From the NCBI RefSeq assembly GCF_006345805.1, contig NC_043002.1, positions 88,288,001 to 88,352,000 of the forward strand: DNA of 64,000 nucleotides, written 5' to 3'. The DNA is from Octopus sinensis. Taxonomy: Eukaryota. Of the stretch, positions 39,251-53,565 are shown in pieces. Position numbers and translations under genes: made by a program. Numbering within the stretch: the stretch's first letter is position 1; each line of letters starts with the position of its first letter. The notes under the pieces were generated by a model. The model had not been told where the DNA came from. It worked only from the letters and a program-made list of their open reading frames with translations, and ran no database searches.

Positions 39251-39604
39251 GAATGCACTCAAGAAAAACCTATAGAGAAAAAACTATTTCACACTGAAGT
39301 TATGAACAGGTCTTTTACAAAATATTTACTGTATTTTATAAGTCACTTTCACTTTAGAACAGTTTTTAAATATGCCAGAAAAAATTTTGTAATGGTATTC
39401 ATTTGAAAATAATTTTAAAAAACATTCAAATATTATCCGTTTAAAGAAAGCTAAAATATAATTATTTACTGCACAAACAACTTCCATTTTTGAAATCACA
39501 TTCACTAAAAAATATTTTTAAATGATTAAATAATGACTAAAATATTTTAATCATTTAAAAATATTTTTAAGTGAATGTGATTTCAAAAATGGAAGTTGTT
39601 TGTG

Positions 39605-39786
39605 CTGGAGAAGAGGCCAGTCGATTAGATCAACCCCAGTACGCAACTGGTGTTTAATTTATCGACCCTGAAAGGATGAAAGGCAAAGTCAACCTTGGCG
39701 GAATTTGAACTCAGAATGTAAAGACAGACAAAATACTGTTAAGCATTTCACCTGGTGTGCTAACGTTTCTGTCAGCTTGTCGCCTT
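39605..39786 (-). mobile_element. SINE type B
   Basis: GAAGAGGCCAGTCGATTAGATCAACCCCAGTACGCAACTGG ... GGCGGAATTTGAACTC ... GCTTGTCGCCTT. Confidence 0.85.
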
Positions 39787-40267
39787 ACATATATGTATAT
39801 ATATATATATATATTGGAAGATATTTTCAACTGAGATCTTATAACAGTATCTAATTGTTCAAGTGTTTCAATTATGTGTATGTACACATATTTACTTGAT
39901 TGCTGTCAATTATCAATGGCTTCTGCCATTGTTCAGATGCACCATTTTCCATCATTAATAACTGTTGGCTTTCTTGACAATATGAGTATGCTTAGTATAA
40001 TTGTATGCTTGTATGTGTAACTGTATACATAAGCTTTATGCTGAACATAAGAAATTTGCTCACAAGGCATTGGTCACCCTGGGTCAGTTGGTTGTGGATG
40101 ATGCATGTCCAAGGTACCATGCAGTGGAACTGAACCTAAAATCACATGCTTGCAAAGTGAATTTAACCTCTCAGCCATGCTTAACCCTGAAAATTATTGA
40201 TTGGAAAAATCAAAATCACTCTAAAAAAAATGTAAACATGTTTGAATGTTTTTTACAAAATCATTAA

Positions 40268-40610
40268 GTAGCTTCGGTTGTCAAGCAATGTTGGAGGGAC
40301 AAACACAGACACATACACACACACACATATATAATATATATATATATATACGACGGGCTTCCTTCAGTTTCCATCTACCAAATCTACTCACAAGGCTTTG
40401 GTTGGCCTGAGGCTATAGAAGACACTTGCACAAGATGCCATCCAGTGGGACTGAACCATGTCATTGGTAAGCAAACTATTTACCACACAGCCACTTCAGC
40501 ACCTATATGAATGACTTCTCCCAGTTTCCATCTATCAAATCCACTCATAAGGCTTTTGGTTGACCTGAGGCTATACTGTGGTTGAGCAGCAAACTTTTAT
40601 CACATAGCCA
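40268..40610 (-). mobile_element. SINE type A with a partial second copy
   Basis: CGGTTGTCAAGCAATG ... CACACAGCCAC, then a repeated CAAATCCACTCATAAGGC segment. Confidence 0.8.
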
Positions 40611-40630
40611 CACACACACACACACACACA

Positions 40631-40709
<79 letters not shown>

Positions 40710-43040
40710 AATGGATGAATGAATTATCCTTTGTTTACTGTTAACATGGAAAATTCAATAAACAGTTACCAGGGTAGCAAAATTCACACAAGTAACACAG
40801 ATGAAGCGACCTATCCAAAGGTAGAAACTCCGGGTTAATGTGCAGTAATTTGTGTAGTATAAGTAAATAAATGGAGTTGAACAAAACATATGTCGAAAGT
40901 AAAAGAATTTTAATAACATCTTCGTATAAGTTTCTAAATGTTACATGAACAATATTCTGAAAACGAAAAAGTACATTTAATTTCATATGAGAGAGAGAGT
41001 TTGCACATGCATGTATGTGTAACTGCTGAAGTAACTATTTTTTATGATAAAAATTTACACTACAACTACTCAGTACAGTTTACCAGGATTTAATGTTCCT
41101 GTCTGTCACTTGCTCACACTATTTGTTGTTTTAGTTTCCCTCTACCAGTGTGACCAACAGGACACACACTGTTTTATTATATGTATAAGACATAAAATCT
41201 GTTTGCACACAAATGTATTTGTAACAATGTTTACATTCTGTAGTCTCATGAGTTACAGTGAGTATTTTTCACTTCCATTTCCTGTCAACTAAGTGTCGTG
41301 TAGCTTTGTAATTGTGCATTTGAAAACATGTGAAATGAAAAACACCCTTGTTTGAAAAATAGGTATGGGTTAATGACAGGAACGGCATCCAACAGTGAAA
41401 CCATGTTCAAACAATATGTATTCACCTGAACCATACCAGCATGGAAAAGAAAATGGATATGAAAACCAATTTACTAAAGAAAGAAGTGGAATATAAACTT
41501 AAGATCAAAAAAGTTTCCATTAGAAATAAAAATAATTCTTGCATAAAAATATGTTAATATTATAAACTTCAGTATATTGAAAGCCAATGCTACGTAATTC
41601 AGTTGGAATTGGGGAGTTTCAACCTATATATTTTTATTACTTCCTACTCATTTCATTTAAGCATCAGGCAACCCATCCTTTACAAAGTGGAATGCAACGA
41701 TTTTGCTGTTTCATGAGGAAGTTAAGTTTCCCAGTCATATAACAAATAGAAGAATTCTTAATGTGTCTATTTAAATTGCTTTGTGTTATTTATATCTCTA
41801 ATAATGTACCAAATAAAAAGAACTTGACAACATCTAGTGATTCACCATCACTGGTCCTCGTGACCAGCAGTGGTGCACACCTTCCACCCAAATACTATGT
41901 TTAGTGTAGAAAAGAATTAAAAAAACAAAAAAAACAGTCACATGCTCAACTTCCATTCTGATCCAATAATCACATGAAACAGAACTCAAGTAGCATGTAA
42001 TTTAGTAGAATTTACAATTTTAATTCAATGTACAATGACACTGCTACAAATGTCATTGACATGCTAATGATTAGCTGATATATATTGTTGTAACACATGC
42101 AGAAATACCTAGAATCATTATACTGTTCATTCATTAACAACCGTTTTCCCATGCTAATACGAGTTATATAAGAAGTTATGTGAGGCATAATATTATAGCC
42201 TGAAGGTCTTCCTGTCACCAAAAGCTAACTCGTTTTTTTAAATGAGGGGTGGTTTATTCCAGAATTGTTTTGAAAGCACAGTCACTGGTCACAAGGTCAA
42301 CATCACTGTCTCACTCGGGCTATGGCAAGCATAGAACATCCACACTCACATACATTTGCATGCACACACACACACTCAACAAATATACATAACAGACTTC
42401 CTGCAATTCCTGTGTACCAAACTTGCTCACGGGACTAAAATGCTACAATAGAAGACACCTACCCACAATGACATGCAATAAAACGAACTTCTTAAACTAC
42501 ACAGCCAGGCCACTGTGTGTGTCTATGTGTGAGCACGCACACATGCATCAATCACATCTATTATAAACACTACATAGTCCCAAATTAAACCACTCACACA
42601 AAACCCATCAACCACCACAAACAGCTCTTTAGCATATCATTGGCCGTTTGGCTTGGCTTGGTTTTATATGCTAAAAATATTAGGCAAATTTCTGAATGAC
42701 GTCTACTGTCTTAAAGAAAAAGTGGGATGGGAGAGAAACAGATGAAACCGCATTCACCACAAGTGCAGTCGATCAAACCTGATCTGGGATTGAACAACAA
42801 CTTGCCAAATGTAACTAAGCTAATGTTGTTTTCCAAGAAGCTAAGAGATCTGGCACATACAGTTTGTAATGAAAGCAGACTTTGGATCATGAAATCAACA
42901 GTGAATTAAACTGATTTGTATGCAGTTAAGAACTTCACTTCATAATCATGTGGTTGTGGCTTCACTCCTACTGAATGATCCACTGGGCTGACCAATACCA
43001 TCTGAGAGAAGTTTGGTATATAGGAAATGTAGAAAAGCTT

Positions 43041-43096
<56 letters not shown>

Positions 43097-43359
43097 GACA
43101 ATAGACAGTCAAACACAGTTGAAACACTCCTGTCACAACCTGGGACCTTGAAGACTGCTATAACGCATGAAAGTATACTAGTCCCTTAATATTTTATATT
43201 CAACATTTCATCTATTCAATAAGACAATCAATTCTTCATTTCATTTTACTATATATATATTATTTATACTATATATTCTATATTCTACATTAATATTATA
43301 AAGAATATAAATAAAACATAAAAATCAGAGTTGGAATTTCTTTGAATAATATATATATA

Positions 43360-43553
43360 CGTGCGGGTGGCACGTAAAAAGCACCCACTACACTCACGGA
43401 GTGGTTGGCGTTAGGAAGGGCATCCAGCCGTAGAAACACTGCCAGATTTGACTGGGCCTGATGAAGCCTTCTGGCTTCACAGACCCCAGTAGAACCGTCC
43501 AACCCATGCTAGCATGGAAAACGGACGCTAAATGATTTTGATGATGATGATGA
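43360..43553 (+). mobile_element. SINE type C (3' part)
   Basis: GTGCGGGTGGCACGTAAAAAGCACCCACTACAC ... GGAAGGGCATCCAGCCGTAG ... GATGATGATGA. Confidence 0.87.
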
Positions 43554-43694
43554 TATATATGGCAAGATTGTTCGGTGCAGTTTCAGATTCAGTTTCACTG
43601 TATGACACCTTTGGCAAACATCATCTAGTATAGGCTCAAGCTAACCAAAGCCTTTCGGGTGGATTTGATTGATGGAAACTAAAAGAAGCTTGAA

Positions 43695-43726
<32 letters not shown>

Positions 43727-43732
43727 TATATA

Positions 43733-44543
43733 CGAGGTCTGATCAATAATGAAGCTAAAGCACGCAGAGTGAAGCTGCTTGGCATAGAATGACCTTGAAC
43801 TATGCTGTTTACGGCAGTGCTTGGAAGGAAGATGTGTAGCATGTTATCACTGCATTGACCATGACAGAGAAAGTTGTTATGGCAATACCTGTTCAGAGGC
43901 CTATGCAAAATTGCAGAAAGTGTGTGGAGAAGAGTGTATGAGTCGCACACAAGAGTACGAGTGGTTCAGATGTTTACAAGATGCCTGAAAAAATGTTGTT
44001 ATTGACAAACGTTCTGAGAGACCCGCAACTAACAGAACTGTGAAAAACATTGCAGATATGCGTGCAGTTGTGAGGGAAAAAAATTGTCAGATCACTATCC
44101 GTGAGTTATCAGAGGATGTGCAGATTAGTTGCGGTTCGGTTCAGTCATTATCATAGAAGATTTGGGTATGAGACACATGTCTACCAAGTTTGTGCCAAAC
44201 TGCTTTCAGCTGACCGAAAGGACACTCGGGTTTCAGTCACACAAGATCTCCTTGATTGTGTTGAGAATGGTGAAAACATTTTGAAAACTCTGCCTCAGCT
44301 TCTGAACAGGTATCGCCAAGCTTTTGGCAAAATTTGATGCAGATTCTCTGCTCAACTGTCTTGGTCATGGTCAATGTGACAATCACACGCTACACAGCTT
44401 CCTTCAAAGCACTGCTGTAAATAGTGGAAGTGAGCTAGAACATTAAAACATAGTGTGCATTCACAGCAGAGTCATGGTCAATCTGTGCCAAGCGGCTTCA
44501 CTCTCCGTGCTTTAGCTTTGTTACTATAGCAACAGTCCAGATA
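43733..44543 (+). mobile_element. Non-autonomous mariner derivative with fold-back structure
   Basis: TA|CGAGGTCTGATCAATAA mariner-type terminus; decayed N-terminal transposase (ECMSRTQEYEWFRC...RSERP...ITIRELSEDVQIS.GSV...DLGMR..STKFVP..LS); no DDD domain; 44295-44543 is an inverted copy of the 5' end. Confidence 0.85.
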
Positions 44544-45870
44544 AAGAGCTCAATGACCAGACATGCTTTTGCAGAGGATTGTAAACAAATGACACCATTT
44601 CTACGATGGTGTGTGCGCACGTGCGCATGCATGTGTGCGTAGGAGCTTTCCAGATACTGATACTCAGCCCATCAATAACAGATAGCTAAAACTACTGATA
44701 TTATGACATTACAGGATATTAAAAAAAAAAAAAAAGTCAGCTGGACCCAAGAGTAGTCATTACCTTAATCCACCATATCAAATGACAGAAGTACAGGTGG
44801 GTGGAAAGATCAATCAGGTGAGTAGTGCCTAAAAGACTACAAGCTTCCTAGACATCAGAAACCAAAGCAGCAAAACAATTTCAGAATGGAGTCAAGAGGC
44901 CAAAGATTGATGTTACTCAAGAAGAGAATGATTGCTCTAGTTAGCATGACATTATAATGATGATACACACACACACACATACACACATACACAACTGTGT
45001 CACTGAATGCATATGCATATATATAATATTTATTATTGGAAGTAAACTATTTTCAGTCAGGCAAAATGTTTGTTATCAATCTCCGTAGTTAAACTAAAAA
45101 TAAAATGAATATAATTGTTACTGACATTATGCTATACATGTCTGGGTCATTGAATGAATATGCATATTTGTCAATTTCTCACAGAGATAAATTACAGTTG
45201 GTGACCACAATCTTGCTAGCAATCTTTGCAATTAAAATTACTTGAAATACATCAAATGAAACCTAACAAACCAAATCCTGTCTCACCACAACACCTATGT
45301 ACCTAACTAAACATAAATAACCATATGCACAGTGTGTGTGTATGAATGCATTTTGTGCTATGAAACCATATGTACCAGTCTTTCATGCATACAACATACG
45401 TATTTTGAGCATCTGTACGTTTCTGGTAGCATATATATATATATATATATATACATACATACATCTGGCAGTTGACACTTTTATTTGTTTGTGTATGTAC
45501 ATCAATGAGCATGAGAGAAAGAGTGTAACAAGTATTTGCTTATGTACATATCTATATGTGCATGCCTCCTTCTCTGTGTCTGTCTTATATAGTTAACCAA
45601 AAAATTATTTGTAACAGTACTTGTTAGATTTCAAACCAAACATTACAAAAGTAAAATAACATTCCATCTGCATGGGTTTTATGTGCAATGCGCCAAGCTG
45701 TTTCAAAAGTGAATGATGGCAAGTGATTTGATTACTTAAAAAGATCGAGACAAATGTGATTTTGGTCAAACACCATTGTACTGAAATTAGTTTTGATTCT
45801 GCACATGTGATATGCTAACAGAAGGAAGTGCAAATAAATATTTTTCTATAATGATATATATGTATGTGTG

Positions 45871-45909
<39 letters not shown>

Positions 45910-47869
45910 TATACATACCTGAGTGGGTATATTTTTCAGCAATACTGACTCAAAGACAGGAAACGAGAATTGAAGAGATGAAAATAGCCGGTTTGACATG
46001 TGTAAATAAACCAACTAACATTCTTCTACAAAGAACAATGATGTGGATACCTAGAATTCAGAAGCGGGGTGGGCTTTAACAACAGAGATACAATGCACTA
46101 CTTTATTTTATTAGTGTGTTAACAAGGGGTGCACTTCTAATATATCTATTTAATTACAAGTGAATGTAATATATTCTTTTGACTCTTTCCTCTTATGTTT
46201 AAAAACAAAAAAAAAATTATATTTTGTTGCTTCCAAAACTAAGGAGGAATCAGAACAGAAAAACCAGATCTGCCAGTGCAAATTCAGCAAGAATTGTCAA
46301 CTTGCCAGCTGCATTGAAACATTTTCTGCATATAGCAATTTCATTGCTTGCATAGCATTGGATTCTCTAATTTGAACTAGTAAAATTAATAAGGCCTTCC
46401 TAACAAACCAATCAACTCTTGCATTTCAAATGGTATTCAACTAATGAACCATCTGTTCCCAAACTTTTAAATGTTTAACTCTTTGTTTATGCAAGCTACC
46501 ACAACTTTAAGTGATAAGCGTGGAACAGAAGGCTTCATTCCTATTATTGATGCCAATGGTGGGCTGTCAGTGAGGTCATAGACCATATCAACATGGAAAT
46601 ATCAAGCAATAACTATTTATATTAATATTTTCTGTATGTTATATAATATTCATGAAATATATACACAGGTGTTTTATAAACTTCCCTTTTAGTTAGAACA
46701 TTAATTATTAAAAACCAGCACCACAGCAGCTATTTTATTTCACATCTAGTTACTTTCAAGCAAATTATATTTCAAAATAAATAAAAAAATAGTGAATCAT
46801 CCATCATCTATTTGAGAAACTTTACTATATAGGCTCAAATATTAAAATAAAAAAAAAAAGAACTACACCTTTGAATATTAAGCTGAAAAGACTTACTTTT
46901 GAAAAAAGTTTCAGGAGGTTATTAACAGAAAAAGAATATTTGAGCCTAATAAATTGATAACAGACTTAACATAATCTGGTTTAAAATGAATTAAATCTCC
47001 ATTGGCGAAAGATGATTAGAACAGATTATTTCACATCATCAGGTGGATATAAAAGACAAAACAACCAATTTCGAATTAAAAAAAAATTATACAGATTTAC
47101 ATTATTGTGACATTGATAGAGGAAAATAATTGCTAAGTCACAATGAAAATTATTTCTTAAATGCTTTTTAGTATAGAGATAATGTATTTTCTGATAAGAG
47201 TCATACTTTAACAAAAGTTAACTCACAGCAACTGAAAGATCATTTTCTAGAAACCCCCCACCCCTCATCACCAAAAAAAAAACTATTGGTAATGAAGTTT
47301 ATTCTGAAGATACACAATGTCCAAGAGAAAGACAGAATGCTCATGATTGAAACACCTATCATGAGTCTACTATTCAGCCAAAGCTGATATGTGGCTAAAC
47401 AACAGCAAATGTACAAACTTGCATCTTTCACACTTCTATGGAAAAATGCCTAAAATGAGGGAATTAATAAAAGGGATCTCCATAATAACTATTGTTGAAG
47501 CTATACAAGTAAAAACTAATTAATATGAGACAAGAGGGCAGAAAATTAAGGTGAAAAAAGTGAATACCAAACTATACTGCAAGAAAATAATACTTCAATA
47601 GTGGTCTCTGTATCTTGAAACATGCACAGCACTTTATAAGCAAAAAACCTAATGTTAAAGAAATATAGTTTTTCTATTGAGAAAGTAATTTAATAATACA
47701 CTCCACCTAGTCAAACATTATGTTTGGTAGCTATATTGATCTTAAACTACCAGTACTGATATAAAAAGGGTAGTGTAAGAGTATATAGCAAGAAAATTTT
47801 CAATTAATATTTATTGTAAAAAGATTACTACCTCACTTTTTTAAAACTGCAAAGCAATATAATCTAGAA

Positions 47870-48514
47870 CAGAGGTTCTCAAACGTTTTGGGTCACATAA
47901 TACCCTCAGCACTCCCACCCCTATTTTTATATATAAATAAATATTTTATATTTTACTAATTTATATATACTATGAATCATTTGATATTTAATATAATATA
48001 TAATTTGTACACAATACTTTACCAGCGTCGCCTTACTGACACTTGTGCCAGTGGCATGTGAAAAACATTCGAGTGAGGTCGGTGCCAGTGCCACTGGACT
48101 GGCTCCTGTGCAGATGGCACGTAAAAAACACCACTTGAGTGTGGCTGTTGTCAGTACCGCCTGACTGGCCCTTGTGCAGGTGACACGTAAAAGCACCCAC
48201 TACACTCTTGGAGTGGTTGGTGTTAGGAAAGGCATCCAGCAGTAGAAGCTCTGCCAGATCATATTGGAGCCTGGTGCAGCCATCTGGCTCGCCAGCCCTC
48301 AGTCAAATCGTCCAACCCATGCTAGCATGGTAAGCGGACGTTAAACGATGATGATGACTATAATAATATTATAAATTCATAGCATCACCCAATCCACTGC
48401 CTTGCTCCCAATGCCTCTTTTTGCTCAAACTGCCCCCTTAGACACCAGTGCCCACCTGGATCCTCTCAACACCCACCGGGGTCGGGGCAGTAGAACCCAC
48501 TTTGAGAACCTATG
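47870..48514. mobile_element. hAT/Charlie-type MITE with 8-bp TSD
   Basis: TIR CAGAGGTTCTCAAA / TTTGAGAACCTATG (13/14); exact TSD ATCTAGAA at 47862-47869 and 48515-48522, fitting the nTCTAGAn target preference of Charlie elements. Confidence 0.9.
48021..48358 (+). mobile_element. SINE type C nested inside the hAT MITE
   Basis: Tandem GTGC..GTGGCACGTAAAA units, GGTTGGTGTTAGGAAAGGCATCCAGC, tail AAACGATGATGATGA. Confidence 0.85.
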
Positions 48515-49214
48515 ATCTAGAACATCTAATTATGACATCAAAATTTACTCAGCAATATAGACTGATAGTTTTCTCAAGTGAACTAATGATGAGCACTAAT
48601 TAATTTTGGTTACATGGTTAATACAATAATGACGAAGACTAAAAATACTTAAACCTGGAAGCATATAAAGTTGCTTACCAAACAGAAGTTTGTTCTACCA
48701 TTTTTCCATGCTAGCATGGATTAGACAGGAATGTATTTGAGGCAGGATTTTTAATAGCTGAATGCTTTTCTTGCTATTAAACTTACTGCTCTTTCAAGGA
48801 AATGATTTTTTTTTTTATCCCGCAGATCTCACAAAACACAAAACAGCCTATCATAATGACAAGCAATATAAACACAGTTTCACTCAAGTGAAGCCACAAG
48901 TTGTCAACATCTAAGTACATTTGTGCACACATACTTACATATAACAAACTCCCCAGAGTTGCCATCAACCAAATTCCCTAGCAAGAGATTGATTGACCGA
49001 GGGCTATTGCACAAAACGGTTGCCCAAAGTACCACACAGAGACTGAACCTGAAACCATATGGCTGTGAGCAAATTCTCAACCACAAAATCATGCCTCCAC
49101 ACACACACGTGTGCATGTGTGTGTACCACTAAAAATATTTAACTGTCAGACAACACTGTATTGTATTTTAGTGTATCTTCAGTTTCTCTAATAAAAAGTT
49201 TACTAACTTATCTT

Positions 49215-49620
49215 CCACTTGTTTCAGTCATTCAACTGCGGCCATGCTGGGGCACTGCCTTGCACTTTTAGTCAAACAAATCGACCCCAGTACTTTTTTT
49301 TATTAAGCTTAGTACTTATTCTATCTTTTGCTGGGCTGCTAAGTTACAGGGACACAAATACACCAACATCAGTTGTCAGGTGGTGGTGGTGGGGGGGCAA
49401 GCATAGATACAGATAAACACACATTTTATTTATTTATATATATATATATATACACACACGACAAGCTTCTTTCAGTTTCTGTCTACCAAATCCATTCACA
49501 AGGCTTTGGTCAATCCAAAGCTATAGTAGAAGATACTTGCCCAAGGTGCCATGCAGTGGGACTGAACCTGGAACCATTGGTTGGTAAGCTAGCTTCTTAC
49601 CCCATAGCTATACTGGCACC
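49215..49620 (-). mobile_element. SINE type A
   Basis: CTTGTTTCAGTCATTCAACTGCGGCCATGCTGG ... GGGACTGAACCTGGAACC. Confidence 0.87.
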
Positions 49621-52600
49621 TACATCTTTTCAGATAAGTTTCAGCAAATAACCTATTTTTCCAAGAATCCTAATTTGAAAACACTAATTATCAAAGCTAT
49701 GTGAGACAGTAATTATTAAAGCAATGACTTGATCTTTGAACTGTATTAACTCTTACAAATTTAAAGTGGTTGATACTCCTAGTTACTACTCCAACCACTT
49801 TACATTTCAATTTCTTAGAGTTGAACCATACAGATGCCTCATTTATGTAGAAGTCAATACAAAAGAAAAAAAGGATAAAAATTCAACAAAAAATATCTGA
49901 ATCTTAAAGACAGAAAATCATAAACGTTCTTGAAGTAATCAGACCTTTTATCTTACAAACCCATAACTTATGATATTAGGACTAATTGTTCATATTTAAA
50001 CCAAAAACTCGATTCAAATCTAATAACTATTAAGCTGGATCTTAAACAGAAACTCCATCATAGTTTATATAAGAAATTTTTGTAGTGTCTCAAATAGCAG
50101 CTTAATATGCCAGTTAAAATCATTTAAAAAAAGCCAACCAAATTCTTGATTATTTTGAAAACAAAACCAGTCTATTCTCTTTGAGATCATATGGCAATGA
50201 AATGGTTAAGAAACAAAGCACTTTATACAATATGTAAAATCCAAACAACATTAATAACTACATACATTTATATACAATATTGTTCAAAAGCAAGGTTAAA
50301 ATTTCCTGATTCAAGAATAACCTCGCTCATCAATACCAGGTGATATTAATTCTCCAAAATTACAAATCAGTAATGTAATCATATATAAGTTTTTACAGTT
50401 AGTTCCCAATACCGGATGGTCATTCAACGAAGATTGTGAAAAAGAAAAAAAAAAAAAAAGGTATTCATACTTTGCAACCAATACAGAAAAAAACTATCAG
50501 CATAAGAATGATAAAATACACTAATCCTGTTAAACATTGAAAATCTAGAAAACCTAGCTAAACTAATGATTTTCAATACTTCTGGGGCCTTCCCACCCTG
50601 AATATCACTTGTATTCAATCCAATACACAAAATACACAAAGGAAACTCTGCTAAGTGTGTTATCTCATACATTCTGCAGTCTTCTGTTTTTCAGAATACA
50701 GACTGAGATTTTTTTGTCAGTTGTGTTATTTAATATCTTGCAGTACTCCTAACAAATGTATATGATACCTCAGGGCAATTGTTCTCAGTAGTTCAGACTG
50801 CATTACTCACTGGAGATCGATTAAAAAAATTACTGGAGAACTTCATGAGGAAAGTTTTTAAAATACTGTTCTGTTACAAATTTAGAAAAAAATAACGCTA
50901 TTACTTACTCAGTTTTAGTTATATTTGTGTGGAAAAAAATTATGAATAACAGATCATTTAAGATGCTTAAGCATTAAGTATAGACTTTTTAAAGGCTTCA
51001 ATTATAATTTTAAAAACCTGCAGCACACCTATCATATACTTTCAAAACTTATAATCAATGTTCCTTATGTTAGAAATTATAGCTCCAAGTAATGATTAAA
51101 TTGATACTATTCGGAAAGAAAGTTGTCTAATCAAAAAGAAAAAAAAAACAAAAGTTAGCTAAAAGCAATGTTTATATACATTAATGAAATATGGCACAGT
51201 AAGCAAGAGGGGAAACAGAAAATAAAGATGATGATGGTATGCTATCAAAGAAATCTTCAAAATTCTTAAAACCTATACTTTTCCAGAATTAATACACTAT
51301 CTAGATTGATGGATGCATTAAAAGATGACAATTCAGAAGTTATCAGAACACAGAATAGAGAAATATCAAACACTTGAAGTACTCAATTGGAATGTGTGCC
51401 AACTTGTCTTATAGTTCTCCACAACATAGGATCACAGCTGCCAATAATGGCCATCTAGCAAATCAATGACTATTGCATATGATGATTATTAAAATCATTG
51501 AAAACCTAGCCAACTCAACAACTAATACTTCCTGCTTTAGAATATTTATAGGTAGTTACAACAACAGAAGAAGCTACAATATGTCATAATTATGTTTACA
51601 TTCAAATCAATACTGAAGATAAAATATATGTTGGTAAATATGTTCACTGAACAGTTAAGTGAAGCCTTCTACTAAACTAGTATCTGTCCTCATATCAGCA
51701 GTACTTCAAAATTAAGTTATCAAGAACCAACCAAAATCAGAAATTAATATATTCAGTAGAAAAAGTAGGACATTCAGCTGTTGCTAGTATACAGAAAATC
51801 TTACCAAAATGTAAAGAAAAAAAAAACATTTAAACTAAACTAGCTATTTTAAATATTTCCTAATCTAATATAAATAGTGACATAATGGATAGGATGTTCA
51901 ACCCACAATCAAACTTGGTTCCAGGACCAGACAAGTACATTGAATCCTTGAGTAAAGCATTTCATATCAAATTGCTCCAATCCACTTAGCTGAACATGTG
52001 TACCAACCTTGTGCTGGTGTAGCACTCTCCATCCAACTGTCACATCCTAGATGTTCTGCTGGATTAAGGATGCTAAGAGGATGTCTGTGTCTGCTTGCAA
52101 CTACATAGGCAGCTAAGTTAGCAAGAGCATAATAGAGGCTACCCGGTCATACTCATTAGTGACAGCTAAAATTCTCATTCTGATATGTTTCTAGTGTTAA
52201 TTTGGAGAATCTATTCAAAGAGTAACTTTGTAATAAATACAAATACTTTAGTTGCAGTCATCGTTCTTCGAATATTTAGTTAGTCTACCATGTTTGAGAA
52301 TGTTGTATTAGCAATTTTACTGAAAGTGTGTGGCTGTGAAAGTTGAATACCCTCCTAAGTTGACATTCTTTTCTGAGGTTTCATTTAATTTCATAAGGAA
52401 AGGTAATATTTTAAATTGGTTTGATTAGAATCACAGTACTCTGAAAAAGACTACTGAATCAATACTCCAGCACCTTCCACGATCATTTCCAATCTGAATT
52501 ATGGTGACAAGGTTCAAATGTTATGGCCTCTTCATGTGGCAACCCTTTCCAACATGAAATCAGTTTCAAGCTGCTTCTTTGAAATTCAGGTCTACCAATG

Positions 52601-52831
52601 AATGAAAATATTGTCACTAAGAATGGGACAAGATATAGAGAGCAAATCTGGATCTATCATGTCTATATGCAACATTTACACAAACAATGAAGAGCTGCTC
52701 TCAAGACATCAACGAATGTGGCAACATGTCACTTGAGGAGAGATAAATGAATGTTGGATAGCTAAATAAATGAATGATGGTTCAAATGCTGAGTTAAGGA
52801 GCTCAACTCTATGGCATGGTACTAGATAAAA

Positions 52832-53040
52832 TGTGACAGCGTGTGTACCGTTGACGATTTTTTTCCCTCTGTCTTCCCTTCTCTGGATCTTTCCTTCTCC
52901 TATGTTTCCAACGAAGAGCTCCGCTCGAAATGTTAAACCCTCCTTCTTTCCTGAGCGTCCAATAATACTATATTTGTTCCACGTCCTCGCGTTGTTGTGT
53001 TTTTTTTGTGCTTTCTTGTTTGGATTAACTTTAGATAATT
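52832..53040 (+). mobile_element. Probable Penelope-like element terminal fragment
   Basis: TTTCCAACGAAGAGCTCCGCTCGAAATGTT resembles the 'xxGACGAAG...CGAAACGT' motif of Penelope pseudo-LTRs; CpG-rich, pyrimidine-rich; recall only. Confidence 0.5.
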
Positions 53041-53319
53041 AAATACACAGGCATATTTAAACCAGACATGCCCTGTTTCAAGTTTGTTGGAGATATGGTA
53101 CATATGTCAGACAGTGTTTACTAGTGAAAGCATATTTTAATGTGTTATATGGTTAATGCTGTTAAGTCTACAGATTTAGTTGGAGTTCTGAAACATATCT
53201 GAGGGAAGTTGTTTCAAATTTTTGCTAGGTTACCAATGCATTACAATAAATCCTGAACAATAGGAACTACCTTGAACTAAGTTTAGATCTAGAAGATAAA
53301 TGAAGCTATTTTAGTTAGT

Positions 53320-53565
53320 TAGTTAATTTGGCTCAAAAGCAAATAGCAAGGCCATGTAGGGGGACATGGAGTTAAGTACAGGGTGGTGTTCATGTAAAGA
53401 GTTCAGGCCACTTGAGGTCCAGGGAGGCTTTGAACAAAGCGGTCGTCGGCATCTTCACCATCTCGTCTGGCAGCTTGTTCCACGGATCCGCAACCCGGAC
53501 GGAGAAAGCTCCTCTCCTTCGATTGAGATGAAATCGTCGCAGGTAGAGCTTTTCGGAATGACCCC
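53320..53565 (-). mobile_element. CR1 LINE extreme 3' end
   Basis: GHSEKLYLRRFHLNRRRGAFSVRVADPWNKLPDEMVKMPTTALFKASLDLKWPELFT* matches the CR1 ORF2 terminus (GHxxKL...FSxRVVxxWNxLP...FKxxLD); short 3' UTR ending in (TAAC)n. Confidence 0.88.

Noticed and set aside
50424-50672. 82-aa ORF with a hydrophobic alternative frame before a GTATGA donor
   Set aside because: The hydrophobic frame ends in phase 0, incompatible with the phase-2 UGCG acceptor, and lacks UGCG motifs.
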